From Octopus sinensis (Eukaryota), in assembly GCF_006345805.1 (NCBI RefSeq), contig NC_043016.1, positions 11,966,001 to 12,030,000 on the forward strand: a stretch of DNA of 64,000 nucleotides, in the 5' to 3' direction. The notes beneath the pieces were generated by a model. It had not been told where the DNA came from. It saw only the letters and a program-made list of their open reading frames with translations, and searched no databases. A program made the position numbers and the translations under genes. This document shows positions 1 to 13,189 of this stretch, piece by piece (position 1 is the stretch's first letter; each line of letters opens with the position of its first letter).

Positions 1-100
1 TAACTCAAATGTGATAATGCATGCATTTTATCTTCATCAGAATGGTTTGTTTCCATACCTGTGTGTGATCCAGCATGGTGACCTTTCTTAATGGTTAGAT

Positions 101-301
101 CAGTGCTTTTCAACCTTTTTGCTGGAGCGGAACCCCAAGGAAACATTCCACTGGCTCGAGGAACCCCTGTGCAATAATTTAATAGTCTTATGCACACATA
201 TCTGCACAGGAGAATTAAAAATTACTGCCAATTTTAGCAGTTTTGTAACTTCTTGCGGAACCCCTGGACTGTACTGGCGGAACCCTGGTTGAAAACCACT
301 G
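101..301. mobile_element. hAT-type MITE
   Basis: TIRs CAGTGCTTTTCAACC / GGTTGAAAACCACTG; perfect 8-bp TSD GGTTAGAT (93-100 and 302-309). Confidence 0.9.
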
Positions 302-1272
302 GGTTAGATTTAAAAAAAAAAAACATTATTGTTTACCTATGCATTGGCAAGACTGCTGCTGAAGGTAGTAGCTATAGTGCTGTTAGTGGTGGATGTGCTA
401 CTAAATCTGTCATTCTCCCCTTTTCCCTACTGAATTATTGTTGCTTTTACTTTAACCTCTGTATCGTTGTTAAAATTTCTTCACCTGCAGTATTATTACT
501 GTTTGGTAGTTTCTAAGCTATTAAAATTCCTTTTCTCCTCTTGAGAGTTCTTGATGATGTTAGTGTTACTGCTGGTTGTATTGCTACTCATGTGAGACGC
601 AAAGTCTTTGTTGGTGAAAACATCAACAACCATTTCATTTTGGCAAGCATATGTTTCAAGACAGATGATAACTTTACACAACTGTCATGGCTGCTTCCAA
701 CCAACCCTTCTTTTTCAAACATCAAACAGGCAACTTCAAACAAAAATATTTGTCTACTGGCTGCACAGGACAAAGAAAACAACTGTGCTTCCCTTATAAA
801 GGGAAGGTAGAGGGTCTTTTTCCAGAGATTGTCATAAACAGTTATAATCCAACTTTTGTCGAAGTTGGGTAAATTCTCAAAGTATCAATGTTTATAATTG
901 GAGCACTTATGATATCTTTTAACTTTTACTTGTTTCAGTCATTAGATTGTGGTGTGCTGGGGTATGACCTTGGGGGTTTTAAGTCAAATTAATCAACCCT
1001 CGTACTTTATTCTCTTTTAAGTTGGCTACTTATGCTATTGGTCTCTTTTACCAAACTGCTAAGTTACAGGGAGATAAACACATCCACAAACATATAAGTA
1101 CAATGGCTTCTTTCAGCTTCTGACTACCAAATCCACGCACAATGTTTCGATAGGAGTGAGGCTATAGTAGAAGAGACTTGCCCAAAGTGCCACACAGTGG
1201 GATCAAACGTGGAACCATGTGGTTGGGAAGCAAGCCTCTTACCGCACCTGCACTTATATGATGATGATAATA

Positions 1273-1492
1273 AGGCGGCGAGCTGGCAGAAACGTTAGCA
1301 TGCTGGGCAAAATGCTTAGTGGTATTTTGTGTGCTGCTACGTTCTGAGTTCAAATTTCACCGAGGTCGACTTTGCCTTTCATCCTTTCGGGGTCGATAAA
1401 TTAAGTACCAGTTACATACTAGGGTCGATGTAATTGACTTAATCCCTTTGTTTGTCCCCTCTATGCTTAGCCCCTTGTGGGCAATAAAAAAA
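1273..1492 (+). mobile_element. tRNA-derived SINE with Meta/Sauria-like core
   Basis: GGCGGCGAGCTGGCAG head, GTTCAAAT B-box, core GCCTTTCATCCTTTCGGGGTCGATAAA..AGTACCAG, A-rich tail; many copies in the window. Confidence 0.75.
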
Positions 1493-2793
1493 CAACTTTC
1501 TACTATAGGCATATGGCCTGAAATTTTGGGGGAGGGTTTAAATATATAAACACGACTGGCTTTCAGCTTCTGTCTACCAAATCCACTCACAAAGCTTTGG
1601 TCAACCTGAGGTTATAGTAGAAGACACTTGCCCAAGGTGCCACATAGTAGGACTGAACCTGGAACCATGTGGTTGAAAAACAAGCTTCTTATCACCTGCA
1701 CTTATATGATGATGGTGATAGTTCTTTCTACTGTGGGCATAAGGCCTGAAATTTTTGGGGCAAGGGGTTAGTCGATTATACTGACAATTCACTGGCACTT
1801 ATCTTGCCGACATTGAAAGAACAAAAGACAAGGTTGACCTAGGCAGCATTTAAACTCCGAGCAGAAAGAGCTAGAAGAAAGGCCACTAAGCATTTTGCTG
1901 GATATATTAACAGTTCTACCAGCTCACTACTGGCATAATAATAATAATACTGTCTGTCTGAGGTCCTTGTTGTGACTTGAAAAACAGTACAAACCCCTGG
2001 TAGACACAATATCTTCAATCAACAGTCTCATGATATTGTATACTGTGTGACGTCTATAATAATAATCATTTCTATTATAGGCACAATGCCAAGAATTTTG
2101 GGGGAGAAGGGTTAAGTTGATTACATCGACCCCAGTGCTTGGCCGGTACTTATTTTATTGAGCCTGAAAGAATGAAAGGCAAAGGCAAAGTCAACCCTGG
2201 CGACATTTGAACTCAGAATGTAAAGACAGATGAAATGCTGCTGAGCATTTTGCTTAGGGTGCTAACGATTCTACCAGCTTGCTGTCTTGGAATAATAATA
2301 ATTTTCATCTAGTTTCAGCTCACAAGCTGTGGCCATGCTGGAGTTCTGCCATTTAAAAAGTTGTGGCAAAAGAGTACAGCAGGGATCACCACCATCTCCT
2401 GCCAGAGCCTCGTGGAGCTTTTTAGGTGTTTTCGCTCAATAAACGCACTCAAAGCCTGGTCTTGGAATCGAAACCACGATCTTCCGACTGCAAGTCTGCT
2501 GCCCTAACCACTGGGCCATTGTGCCTCCAATCATCATCATCATCAATATCGGTTGGACAGTTCGACTGGGGATCTGGGAAGCCAGGAGGTTGCACCAGGC
2601 TGATCTGGCAGTGTTTCTACAGCTGGATGTCCTTCCTAATGCCAACCACTCCGTGAGTGTAGTGGGTGCTTTTTACGTGCCAGGCAAGGCTGGTAACAGC
2701 AATAATAATAATTCAAATGAAGGTTCACTTTGCCAAGACTACTAGCAGAAAACAGAAATTTTATGAATAAAATTTTACTCATAGAATTAAAAT

Positions 2794-2799
2794 TTTATT
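2794..2799 (-). terminator. Candidate distal polyadenylation signal AATAAA
   Basis: TTTATT on the plus strand, with U-rich sequence downstream on the minus strand; other hexamers exist upstream. Confidence 0.35.
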
Positions 2800-3551
2800 T
2801 ATAAAATTATATTTAGCCAAAATATTGTACAACAATTAAAAAGCAAACATAAAACAAAAAAGCCAACAGACACAAAAGTGAGTTAGATATTTTGTTTATG
2901 GAAAATATAAATGATACAATTCAATTTAATTTACAACTGTCTTAAAATCCAACCTGAATATCATGAAAATAATACAGAATGTTGAATTTCAAAGACAAGC
3001 TCAATAGTAAATAAACAATTACTATCCAATTTTTTTTTCAAGCACAAAATTCTGTACTGATAAAGTTAAATACAAAAAGGAATTAACATAATTCCTTGGC
3101 ATGTAACAGCAGTTCTGAGAATAAGAAACTTTTTCTTTCTTTTTTTTTTTCCAATTCTAAATCAAAATGCCACTGAGTATCTTTCAAAATTATCTGTGAG
3201 AGAATGAGAAGGAGATTGAGATAGAAAGAGAGAAGAGAGTCAGACAGACAGAGGGGAAAAAAAGATTCTATGAATTTTTATGTGGGTTGGTCACATACTA
3301 TGTATTATAGTAGTGTCATAAATACCATATGAAGGATATTTTCTTTTTTTTTTCTCTTTTTTTTAATTATATATTTTGTTTTCTTCACACTATACCACAT
3401 GCATGAAATAACTAGAAGACAAAAAAAAAAAAACTCATTAGATATATATGGATGTTAAGAGTATAAAATTTCTCACTGAAGACTTATGAAACAGAAGTAT
3501 CCACTCAATTTAAAGTTGAACTTTCATTTTGCTTTATATATATATATATAT

Positions 3552-3897
3552 TCTTTTACTTGTTTCAGTCATTTGACTGTGGCCATGCTGGAGCACTGCC
3601 TTTAGTTGAAGAAATCGACCCCAGGACTTATTCTTTGTAAGCCTAGTACTTATTCTATTGGTTTCTTTTGCCAAACCGCTAATTTACAGGAACATAAACA
3701 CACCAGCATCGGTGGTGGGGGACAAACACAGACACACAAATATATATATATGGGCTTCTTTCAGTTTCTACCAAATCCATTCACAAGGCTTTGGTTGGCC
3801 TATGGCCATAGTAGAAGACACTTGGCCAAAGTGCCACACAGTGGAACTGAACCCCATGTGGTTGGTAAATAAACTACTTACCACAGTGTCATTCCTG
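3552..3897 (-). mobile_element. tRNA-derived SINE (family of 47673-48070)
   Basis: Reverse complement of the SINE at 47673-48070. Confidence 0.8.
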
Positions 3898-5470
3898 CGT
3901 CTATATATATATATATATATATATTTTTAAATAGCATATGAAAGATATAATTTCAGATAAGTGATATGAAAACAGTTGTTATCTTTTACTTATATGCGTA
4001 GATGAAGAGTTAAAAATAATTCTGATGAATAAATTTAAAATCAGATTGATTTGTTTGTTGTTAGAGAAAACCTAAGGTGCTTTAAAAAAAAAAAAAAAAA
4101 TTCTTCTAAACTATAGATTAAAGCTACAACCATGTAATAATGCTGAACTGGATTAAAGCTGTTTCATCTGCAATATTTTTAGCAAGTATCACAGTCATGC
4201 CACTCACAGAGTTCTATAAGCATGCATCATGGTAGTACTTGACAATTCTTTCTTTCTTTAACAACCAGTACATAACAGCCTCTCAAAGAATTGTCTGTGT
4301 TTGTATTTCACTCATTTATGTAAAAAATAATAATAATGTCTCATTTTGTTGCCAAATAAAAATAACTCAGACACGCTGGTTCATCCTTGTTTATCCATTT
4401 AGAATTCCAAATAGCTTTCAATATATTCTACACAAAGGATTAAATATACACCTTATAGCAATTACAATTTGTTTTTCTTTTTATTCATATAGGATTAAAT
4501 AACTATTAGCAGTATATCACTGGTATGAATTTTTAGAGTTTCTACATTAAATATAGAGGTATTTAGTTTGCCTGCCTTCTCTAACAAATGAACCATATTC
4601 TAACTTGCTGACCTTCATTGAATAAGCGTACGAGCAAAGGCATTCAAATCACGACTGTCCTATTTTTAGAAGGACTCAAGAGAATAGTGTTATTTGGCCA
4701 TTATTTCTAGCAGATGGAGTGAGCATGTAGAGTCCGTTATTAGAGAGAGAGAGAGAGAGAGTTATGTTTTATACAAAATTAAAGGTGTTTGAAATTGAAG
4801 TAATATACTAATGGTCCATATAACCATTAGTAAAACTCAATTATTAACAACAACAACATATGAAAATGTTAAAAGCTCATTGCTTCATATAAGAGAGAGA
4901 TAGCAAAACTTCTGAATACTTTAAAGACCACCAGGTACTTAGAAATATGAAAGATAATTTCCTACTCTCATCTTCAATCAGTTTATATATATATATATAA
5001 CATAATGTAAATAGTATGGTTAAGTGGTACATTTTATATTTTGTGCAATGCATGAAAATGCTCAGTATGCACTGAGTTTCAGAGGTGTGTGTGTGTGTAT
5101 ATATATTACACATACATACACACAAGTTTAATGCATGGAATCATTTCATACCATGGTCGTACATGCATCACTGTATCTTTTGCTTCTCAGACCACTGTGG
5201 AAAGTAGGTGTGTGTCCAGATTCCTGAATGTACTAGTGGCATGAAAGTAACTACAGACAGTACTAAATATATGTGAACGTGTATACATACATACAGTATT
5301 ATTAAATTAGTGAATACACAATATTTCATTACTAAATTGGCACCAAATAAGTTTATATAAATATGTAAATTTAGTTATATTATTACCAGCAACTGACTAT
5401 GTAACTGAGAACATCACTTTTACAAAAAACTGTGGCTTAGTCAATCAAGCCTCAGCTTCAGAAAGTATAC

Positions 5471-5721
5471 TGGTATATACATTTGTATGTTTGCGTAGAA
5501 TTCCAGAATATTTTTTCTATAAGTTCCAAACTTATTTCCACTCATCCCAGGTATATAAATTTGTATGTTTGCGTAGAATTCCAGAATATATTTTTCTATA
5601 AGTCCCAAACTTATTTCCATTCATCCCTGGTATATACATTTGTATGTTTGCGTAGAATTCCAGAATATTTTTCCGTAATATTTTTTTTCTACAAGTCCCA
5701 GACTTATTCCCACTCATCCCA
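5471..5721. repeat. Tandem repeat, 78-79 bp x3
   Basis: Unit GGTATATACATTTGTATGTTTGCGTAGAATTCCAGAATA...CACTCATCCC starts at 5472, 5550 and 5629. Confidence 0.9.
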
Positions 5722-8700
5722 TGTTATCATGCTGCCATAAATGTTGCTTTCCTCAAAATATGAAAGCTTAAAAGCATGCCAACAATCCAATGGTAATGTA
5801 ATATTGATAAAGTTTCTCCTCCAAGTTAACGTTTTTAGTAAAAGAAAGTATTCTTATAAAAGCTTAGCTGCATGTTGTGCCTACAGTGAATGTAGACACA
5901 GCATTCAAGTGTTTGTTGCTGTATTGACCACAGTTAATCATTTCACTCTGGTTCATTTTATCAATCTCTATCTTTCAAACTGCTAAGTTACAGAACATGT
6001 ACATATACAATGGGCTTCTGTAGATTCATACTCAGAGGTACTGGCCAACCAAATGCTATTGTTGAAGGAACTTGTCTAAGTTACCACAGTGGAATTGAGC
6101 CCAGAATTCTGTGGATGTGATGTAGATTTCTTAGATGTATACTAATTGATAAACTTTTTCTTTCTTTTCAATTAACTACAAAAGTTATGAAATTCAAAAA
6201 ATACTAAATAGTAGATTATAATGAAAACGTTAATCTTGAAAGGATTTAAATATGCCTTTGTAAGCAAAAAGGAATCTATCTTTTATAGTGATCATATTGG
6301 TAAACATTTATCAAAACACTTTAATTTTATCTTGTCTACACCTTTTGTTTGTTTGTTTGTTTGTTCTGGAGTTTTTGTTTGCTTTTTAAAAAATTCTAAA
6401 TATAAGATTCTTATATTTTTATCTTTATCAGTTTATAATACACACACACATACATACACACAAAGGAGTCTTATCTGAGTAAACTGTAAGATAACATTTC
6501 TGTAAAAGCATAAAACAATGTTAAATATCTCTTTCTAAATTTATTTTTCTTAAAAAAAAAATTGGAAAAAGTGAGTATTATAAAGAAAAGTTGTGAAATC
6601 AATTCCTAACAGTCAAAATATATATCAGTTACTTCATAAATATGCAGACATGCATTCTGAAACACCAAGCATACAACAAAGATCTTTCAAAAGCTATATA
6701 TTTACATGTACGAAAATGAGAGTATGTATGCATGATTTGATTATTATTACTATTTTTTTTTTATCTAAAAAAAAAAAAAAAACTGATTCCAATCTCTATG
6801 GTTTACATTTTAAAACATATCTTTTTTATTTTTTTTTGTTGTTCAACAATTTTAAGTTTTCTCATGATACTATTAAATTATTGGCAAAAAATATAGTCAC
6901 TATTTATAAAAATCTAAAAAATACTAACTCACTGCACACAAATGAGCATCTCAAAAGAAGGAATCACAAAATATATTTACAACCTCATTGTTTCTTTAAA
7001 AAAAAAAATCAAGAAAATTTAAGATTATGCTCAGCATAACAGCATGTTAGAAATTAAAATTAAATTTACAAATATACATAAAAAAGATAGTTTCTTAAAA
7101 AAAAATTCCACTGATCAATATTCACTTTTTTTTTTACAACTTCATAGCCACATTTAAAATGTGGCATCTGATTCAGCAAAATATCCAATGAAAAATATGC
7201 AACAATTTATAATAATTTTAACAAAGGTAATTTTTAACATTTTAGGAAGGAAAAGAAAACAAATTACAATATGGACATTTTCCTCAAATGTTAAAAATAA
7301 AAAGAATTTTTTTTGTTTTTGCATTTTTTTTCCAGAAATTTAATGTAACAATACTGTATTTGGATGAGAAATCTTTTAAAAACTGGTGCAAGTTTGTTAA
7401 TTAATTGAATTAATTTGAAGTAATATGCCCTACCTAGGATCTATATGAAAGTCCTTCTGGTAGAATATGCTCTCCACAGTTACTGTTTTCACCTATTACC
7501 ACTCAATTTTAATCTGAAGATGTTTGATCATTACAGGTGATCAAAATATACAACTTTCCTATGACAATGCAAGATTTGAGAGATTCAAGATTAATAATTA
7601 TCCATAGCTTTTTAGCCATTTTAGGGTAACCAACATTAACTATATATTTGTGTTTGTGGAATACAATGATGTACGATAATTCAAACGTGGTTCTGAAAAT
7701 ATTTGATTAAATTAAGGTACATGGAATATGTTTGTTAGCTAAAACTCCCAAAATACCATGAACAGATAGATTGATCTAAGTACTTTCAAATCTAATGCAG
7801 TCAAACAGAAAACAATCTAAAATTGTTAAAAGAACTTAAAAACAAAAACATTTTGGGGGTGAGGTGGGGGGTGTCTATATTTTTAGTTTCCTAATTTACA
7901 CAATTTTACAAGAGCCGCAACTTAATTAGCATCTAGAAATGCTTTATGCAGATTTGGATTAAAAAACACCTTTAACCTACAATCAATAAATTATGGCACA
8001 CACACACACACACAAAAAAAATCCGCAAAGACTGTCAGGATCTGTCACACAAAATAGAATTTTTAAGACTGATTTAGTTTGTTGTAAGTTGCAAAATATT
8101 TTAATGGACACAAAAGAAATGAAATGAAGTTCTTATCTGGAACCGAATCGTCTTTGTCTAGGCATCTGAAACCAATGATTAAATTATATGAACCTCAATG
8201 AATGAAATAAATAAATGCTGAAGCACCAAATTAAAATCAAAGATCAAGACAAACGTTAGCTTGACATTTGGATTTGTCTTTAAAAAAAATATCAAGCTTT
8301 GATCTTTTTCTTTTCGATTGATCTATCAAATTTGGCAGGATAAAAAAAACAACTTTGTACTATAATTTCAAGTAAAATTGGAAACAGTACTGACAATAAC
8401 CTTGTTAGGATTATAAGTTCTGGCCTTTGTACATAGTCTTTTTTTTTTTTTAGTTTTTAATTAAGACAAAGAACTGAATTCTTTCAGGAAACAAACAAAA
8501 AAATAATAAACTATATTAATGATTAATATGATTTTAAGAAATTTCTTCCAGACATATCTGCTTATTAAACCTTTGGATTTTCTTAAGTAGTTTATTTTAA
8601 AAGCAGAAAGAAAAAGAAAAAGGAGTGGGGCATCAAATAAATTTTAAAATAATTTACCAAAATAAATTTAAATTTTTCTCAAGCAGATATAGAACCGTAG

Positions 8701-11623
8701 GAAATTTCAGCAGTTAATTTTTATTCCTCCTCCCTTATAACACTGGAGTGAATATTTTAAATGAAAATTCACCAGAAAAGTACCAAAACTAAACTAAGAG
8801 TCTCACAGCCTGTGTTTATGCAGTCTAACTTGATTATTTATTTATATGGAAATGAGAAGGCAATATGTATCAGTTCAAAAGGTAACAAACGAAATTTAGT
8901 ATAACCTTTATAACTCTCAAACATTCTCTATGGAAAGTAAACAGGCATCATTATGTGTAAAGGATGGCTATTAAAAAATCATTAAATTGCAAGATTCAAC
9001 AGAAAAATGAAAGGAAGTGGAATGAGTAAATACAAAGTATTTTGCTAATATGAATCTAAAATCTTTGAATTTAAGAACAGCTGGATATTTTTTTTAGATA
9101 TCAATGTGAACAAGTTTTTTTTTTTAGATGTATATTATCATAGAGAAGCAGCAATGTCTAGAAATGGAGATATTTTAGAATTATAAAGAGTTAGATAAAG
9201 AAGCTTATAGCAGCAAACACAAAGATAACTTCACTTGAGGAAGAACCACTGAAGATGACAGCAGATAAAGCATTAGAAACTTGTGATTCACAAGTGACTT
9301 TAACCCTTTTGATACCAACACATCTAGACCACCTCTGGTTCTAGAATACAAACCTCCTGCTTTAAAGTAATCTAAATTAAAACCTTCTATCAAAATTTCA
9401 TGTTCCAGAATCCAGCTTAATATAGACAAAGTTATTTTTCAGAATTAACAGAAACAAAGACAATGATCTCAACAGAAATATGGAGACAAAAATGGTTAAA
9501 TTACCCCACAGACAAATGGTTTAATAATAATATTCATCTATAAAATATGTAAATTGTACTGCTGCTATATCTTTTTGAAGTAGAAATTTTGATTAAATAA
9601 GGAATTATGTAAATATAAATTGAAAGCAATGCATTACGCTACTTTTCATATTTTCTTTCTCAGCAATTCAAATATACAGATTGGAACATGAATATAATAC
9701 TGATTAAATAGTTTGAAATAATGAATATGAGAAAAGGAAAACCTGATGGATAGGGGAAAAAAAATTTTTTTAAAGATCTAATCACAGAAGAATTTTAAAA
9801 AAGAAGTGTGGCACCTCTGACCAATTTTCTGGCCAAATCCAAGAGTTTGATTTTGTGAAACAAAGTAGTCGTTATTTCTACTATTCCAGATTTATACTAA
9901 ATTGGATATTCTAGTTTCAAAAAATTATTAATCAGTGCATCATCAAAAAGAGAAAATAGAACTTGAAGTTTCAGTAAATTACTTTCAGTGTAATTAGAAA
10001 AGCTGTAATTAATTACAGTTCAAGTAATTAAACTGGTCAAAGAATTTGAATCATCAAGTATATTACAAGAGAACAAAGTAGACAGATTTAAAATAGTAGG
10101 CAGTTACATGAGGACATACACATTGCAGATTATTTTGGTTTGTAACTTCATTTCATGTAGAAATAAAGATTTCTTTAAAAAAAGACCTCAAATGCCTTAA
10201 GCCTAAATCTGAACTTCTTGTTCACCTAACAAAAATCTACAAAGTCAAGGATAGGGAATACAGGAATTTGAAACATTTGTTTCATAAATTCCTTTCACAG
10301 TAAAATCTTCAACCTCAGATCTCATGGGAAACATCTTCCAATGCAGTATATTTTTTAATGGTTTAAAATTAGAATAAGATACTTGTAACTTAGGAAAAGT
10401 TATATGTAAGGTGTATATGTGAAGAATTATATCGTTATACGATGTATTGAAGTAAAAAATGCACACATACGTTACAATGTTTTATGTTGAGATGAATTTA
10501 ATTTTAGCAAGTTAAAAACAATGTCAAATGCTTGAGTTAGCTAAAAATTCTGTCACCCATTTGGTCAGTATTTATAATAAATATAGAAGGTATTAATATG
10601 TAAAAGATATAATCTAGTATCAAACATTAAAATTATTAAACTGCCATGTGTATGAAGTGTATCATCAGCTCAGTGAGAATTTTGTTGTGTTATTCTGCCA
10701 ATTCAATTTTTCCCATAAATTATTACAGGGAATAATTTTGAAATTTACAAGATATTAAAATGTTACTTATTAAGAAAATAAACAAATCTTAACATTCCAT
10801 TCTTAATGTTCCTAAGAGAATTGGAATCTGATCTGATTTTCAAATGATTCACTTGCATGAAAGGTGAGGATGCTTGCTATAAAATCAACATCATAGCATT
10901 CATATTCACAGGATTTAGCTAACGATGGACAAGTCATTAGTTCAGGCTGCAGTTTGAATAAAAGCTTAATAAAACAAGACTTATATTCAATTAGTGTTAA
11001 GTATATCCGTCATTAAATATATCCAGTACATATATTTTAATAAAATCTTGGATTCATAGGAAAATAGAAAACCTCAAAAGAGAGCACAATGTATATATAT
11101 ATACATACATTAACAAGGGAATTGTTTGAATAACAATATTTTTTAATCTTTTTTCTTTTCTTTCCTTTTTTTTTTTTACTTTCAATTTATAATAAACATC
11201 TTGGGGTAAATAATTTCCCAGATATTAATTTATGGTTTTGGTAAAGTAAATTATGCCACATCAAAGAGTAAATAAAACAAAAAGAACCTGAGCTGCTGCA
11301 AGATTTTCAAATGGTTAGAAAAAAACTATTATTTTATTACAAATTAAATGTTGACTTATAAAAAAAAAAAAAACCACAAGTGAATCTAAATCTAACCAAT
11401 CTGTTTTGTAATACTGAACAATTTATAAAAGTGGTTCTTTCTTGTTTAATTTTTTATTATTTTTATAATTTTTAAAAACTCTATAAATGCTAGCTTTATT
11501 TTCAAACATGTTAATGCAAAGATAAGGCTTTGCAGTAATCGTTTTAGATTTAGATTATTTCGACAACTTCAGTATTAGTCATCTGTTTAGCAAAAAACGG
11601 GGAGACTGTTTGTTTGCTACTTC

Positions 11624-11670
11624 ATATATATATACACACACACACATATACATACATACATATTTATACA

Positions 11671-11712
<42 letters not shown>

Positions 11713-11785
11713 CATATATATACACACATATATATATACATACATATATATTATATACATACATATACATATATATATACATACG

Positions 11786-11817
<32 letters not shown>

Positions 11818-11892
11818 CATACGTATATATATATATACATATATATATACACACACACATATACATATATATACATATACACACACACACAT
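11624..11892. repeat. (TA)/(CA) compound microsatellite
   Basis: Read directly from the sequence. Confidence 0.95.
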
Positions 11893-12842
11893 TCTTACAT
11901 GGAAATAGCATATTTAAATTACAGAGAAATATAGCTATTAATTTTCCTAAGTTTTTTTTCCTTTCCTGATTTCTAACTAAAGCAGTCACATTTTAAAAAA
12001 TTTCCTCATTTTAAAAAATTTCTTCTTTCTTTTCTTTTCTTTTTTCCTTTTTTTTTTGTCATTTATGGTATAACATGCCTTGAAATGGCTAGTAAAGACA
12101 AAGGTTACAAGAAAAGTTCTTTAAAAAATATACTGTACACATATCAAAAGGAAAAAAAAAAATTAGCTTTATAAATATTTATCTACAAAATCATGTATTT
12201 TCTTTATAAACACTGTAACAAATACATCTACATAAAATATCTTTGAAATTCTTAAGGAGTGGACCAAAAACTTAGAAGTACTAGTTGTAACACATTCTTT
12301 GTAATTGAACGCAAAAAAAAAAAAAGTGGGGGGGGGGGCAACAATACTTTTGAATATGTAAACAAGTATTTCATAGCATGACCAAAAAAAAAAAAATCCA
12401 CAGATTGTATAATTACATAGATCATAATCTGTTGTTGTTTCTTGGGTGTGAGGGAGAGGGAATAAGATGAAGATGGTAGTTATCTAGCTTGCTCTTTGAT
12501 AAGAGTTTCTAAATTCTCCAAAAAGATATCTGACTTATCAATCACAGCTTGTCAGCATTTAAAGGTGGGATTGAGAACAGAAAGACAGCTAGACAATATA
12601 ATTTACACAAAAAAGGATTAGAAAGGCCCAAAATTTGCACTGCCTTTTTGTTGCTTAAATTACAATTCATTCATACTGTAATTTAATCTGTTTGCAACCA
12701 CCACTTTGGATAAATTCCACAAGTAAAAACAAGTGAATTTTTTTCTTTCATTTTATAATTTTTTTGTAAAAAAAAAAAAAAACTAAAGATAATTAGAGAG
12801 TTTTTTGATCTGAATATTTTAGTAAATTTAATGATGAAGCAA

Positions 12843-12900
<58 letters not shown>

Positions 12901-13068
12901 CACACATACATATATATATATATGTATATGATTATTTCCTGCATTGCAATTGCCTTCTTGAAAGTGGTGGTAGCAGTAATTATGGTGGGTTCATGTTTGT
13001 GTATATAAACAGCTTTTTTGATAAACACTGTCCTTCAGAAACACACAGAGACTTCCTGCAAATATTCT

Positions 13069-13189
13069 TTATACTTCTTCCCCTGTACGGTCATCATTTA
13101 GAAATTCTTCAAACCTTTCATCTGCACTAGTTTCACTTGGAACGACAGGAACTGTAGTGTTATCAATTGTAAAAAACACCATCTTCTCT
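13069..13189 (-). CDS. kibra: KIBRA last coding exon (EKMVFFT...DDRTGEEV*), PDZ-binding C-terminus
   Basis: atttcag acceptor, TAA at 13069-13071; FREKM.FFT motif and terminal acidic-Val. Confidence 0.93.

Larger units (their letters stand above)
2770..13068 (-). other. Putative very long 3'UTR of kibra
   Basis: Follows the stop codon directly; U-rich on the minus strand; far fewer TE copies than the introns; AATAAA at 2794-2799 just before dense repeats resume. Confidence 0.45.

Noticed and set aside
1-58. Possible minus-strand exon start (GMETNHSDEDKMHALSHL)
   Set aside because: Poor pyrimidine tract, truncated by the window edge, no recognisable homology
6593-7039. 148-aa plus-strand ORF
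   Set aside because: Low-complexity K/F/I/N composition from A/T runs, no recognisable motif, antisense to the putative UTR
11610-11989. ORFs of 90-120 aa rich in Y/I/H/T
   Set aside because: Translations of (TA)/(CA) microsatellites
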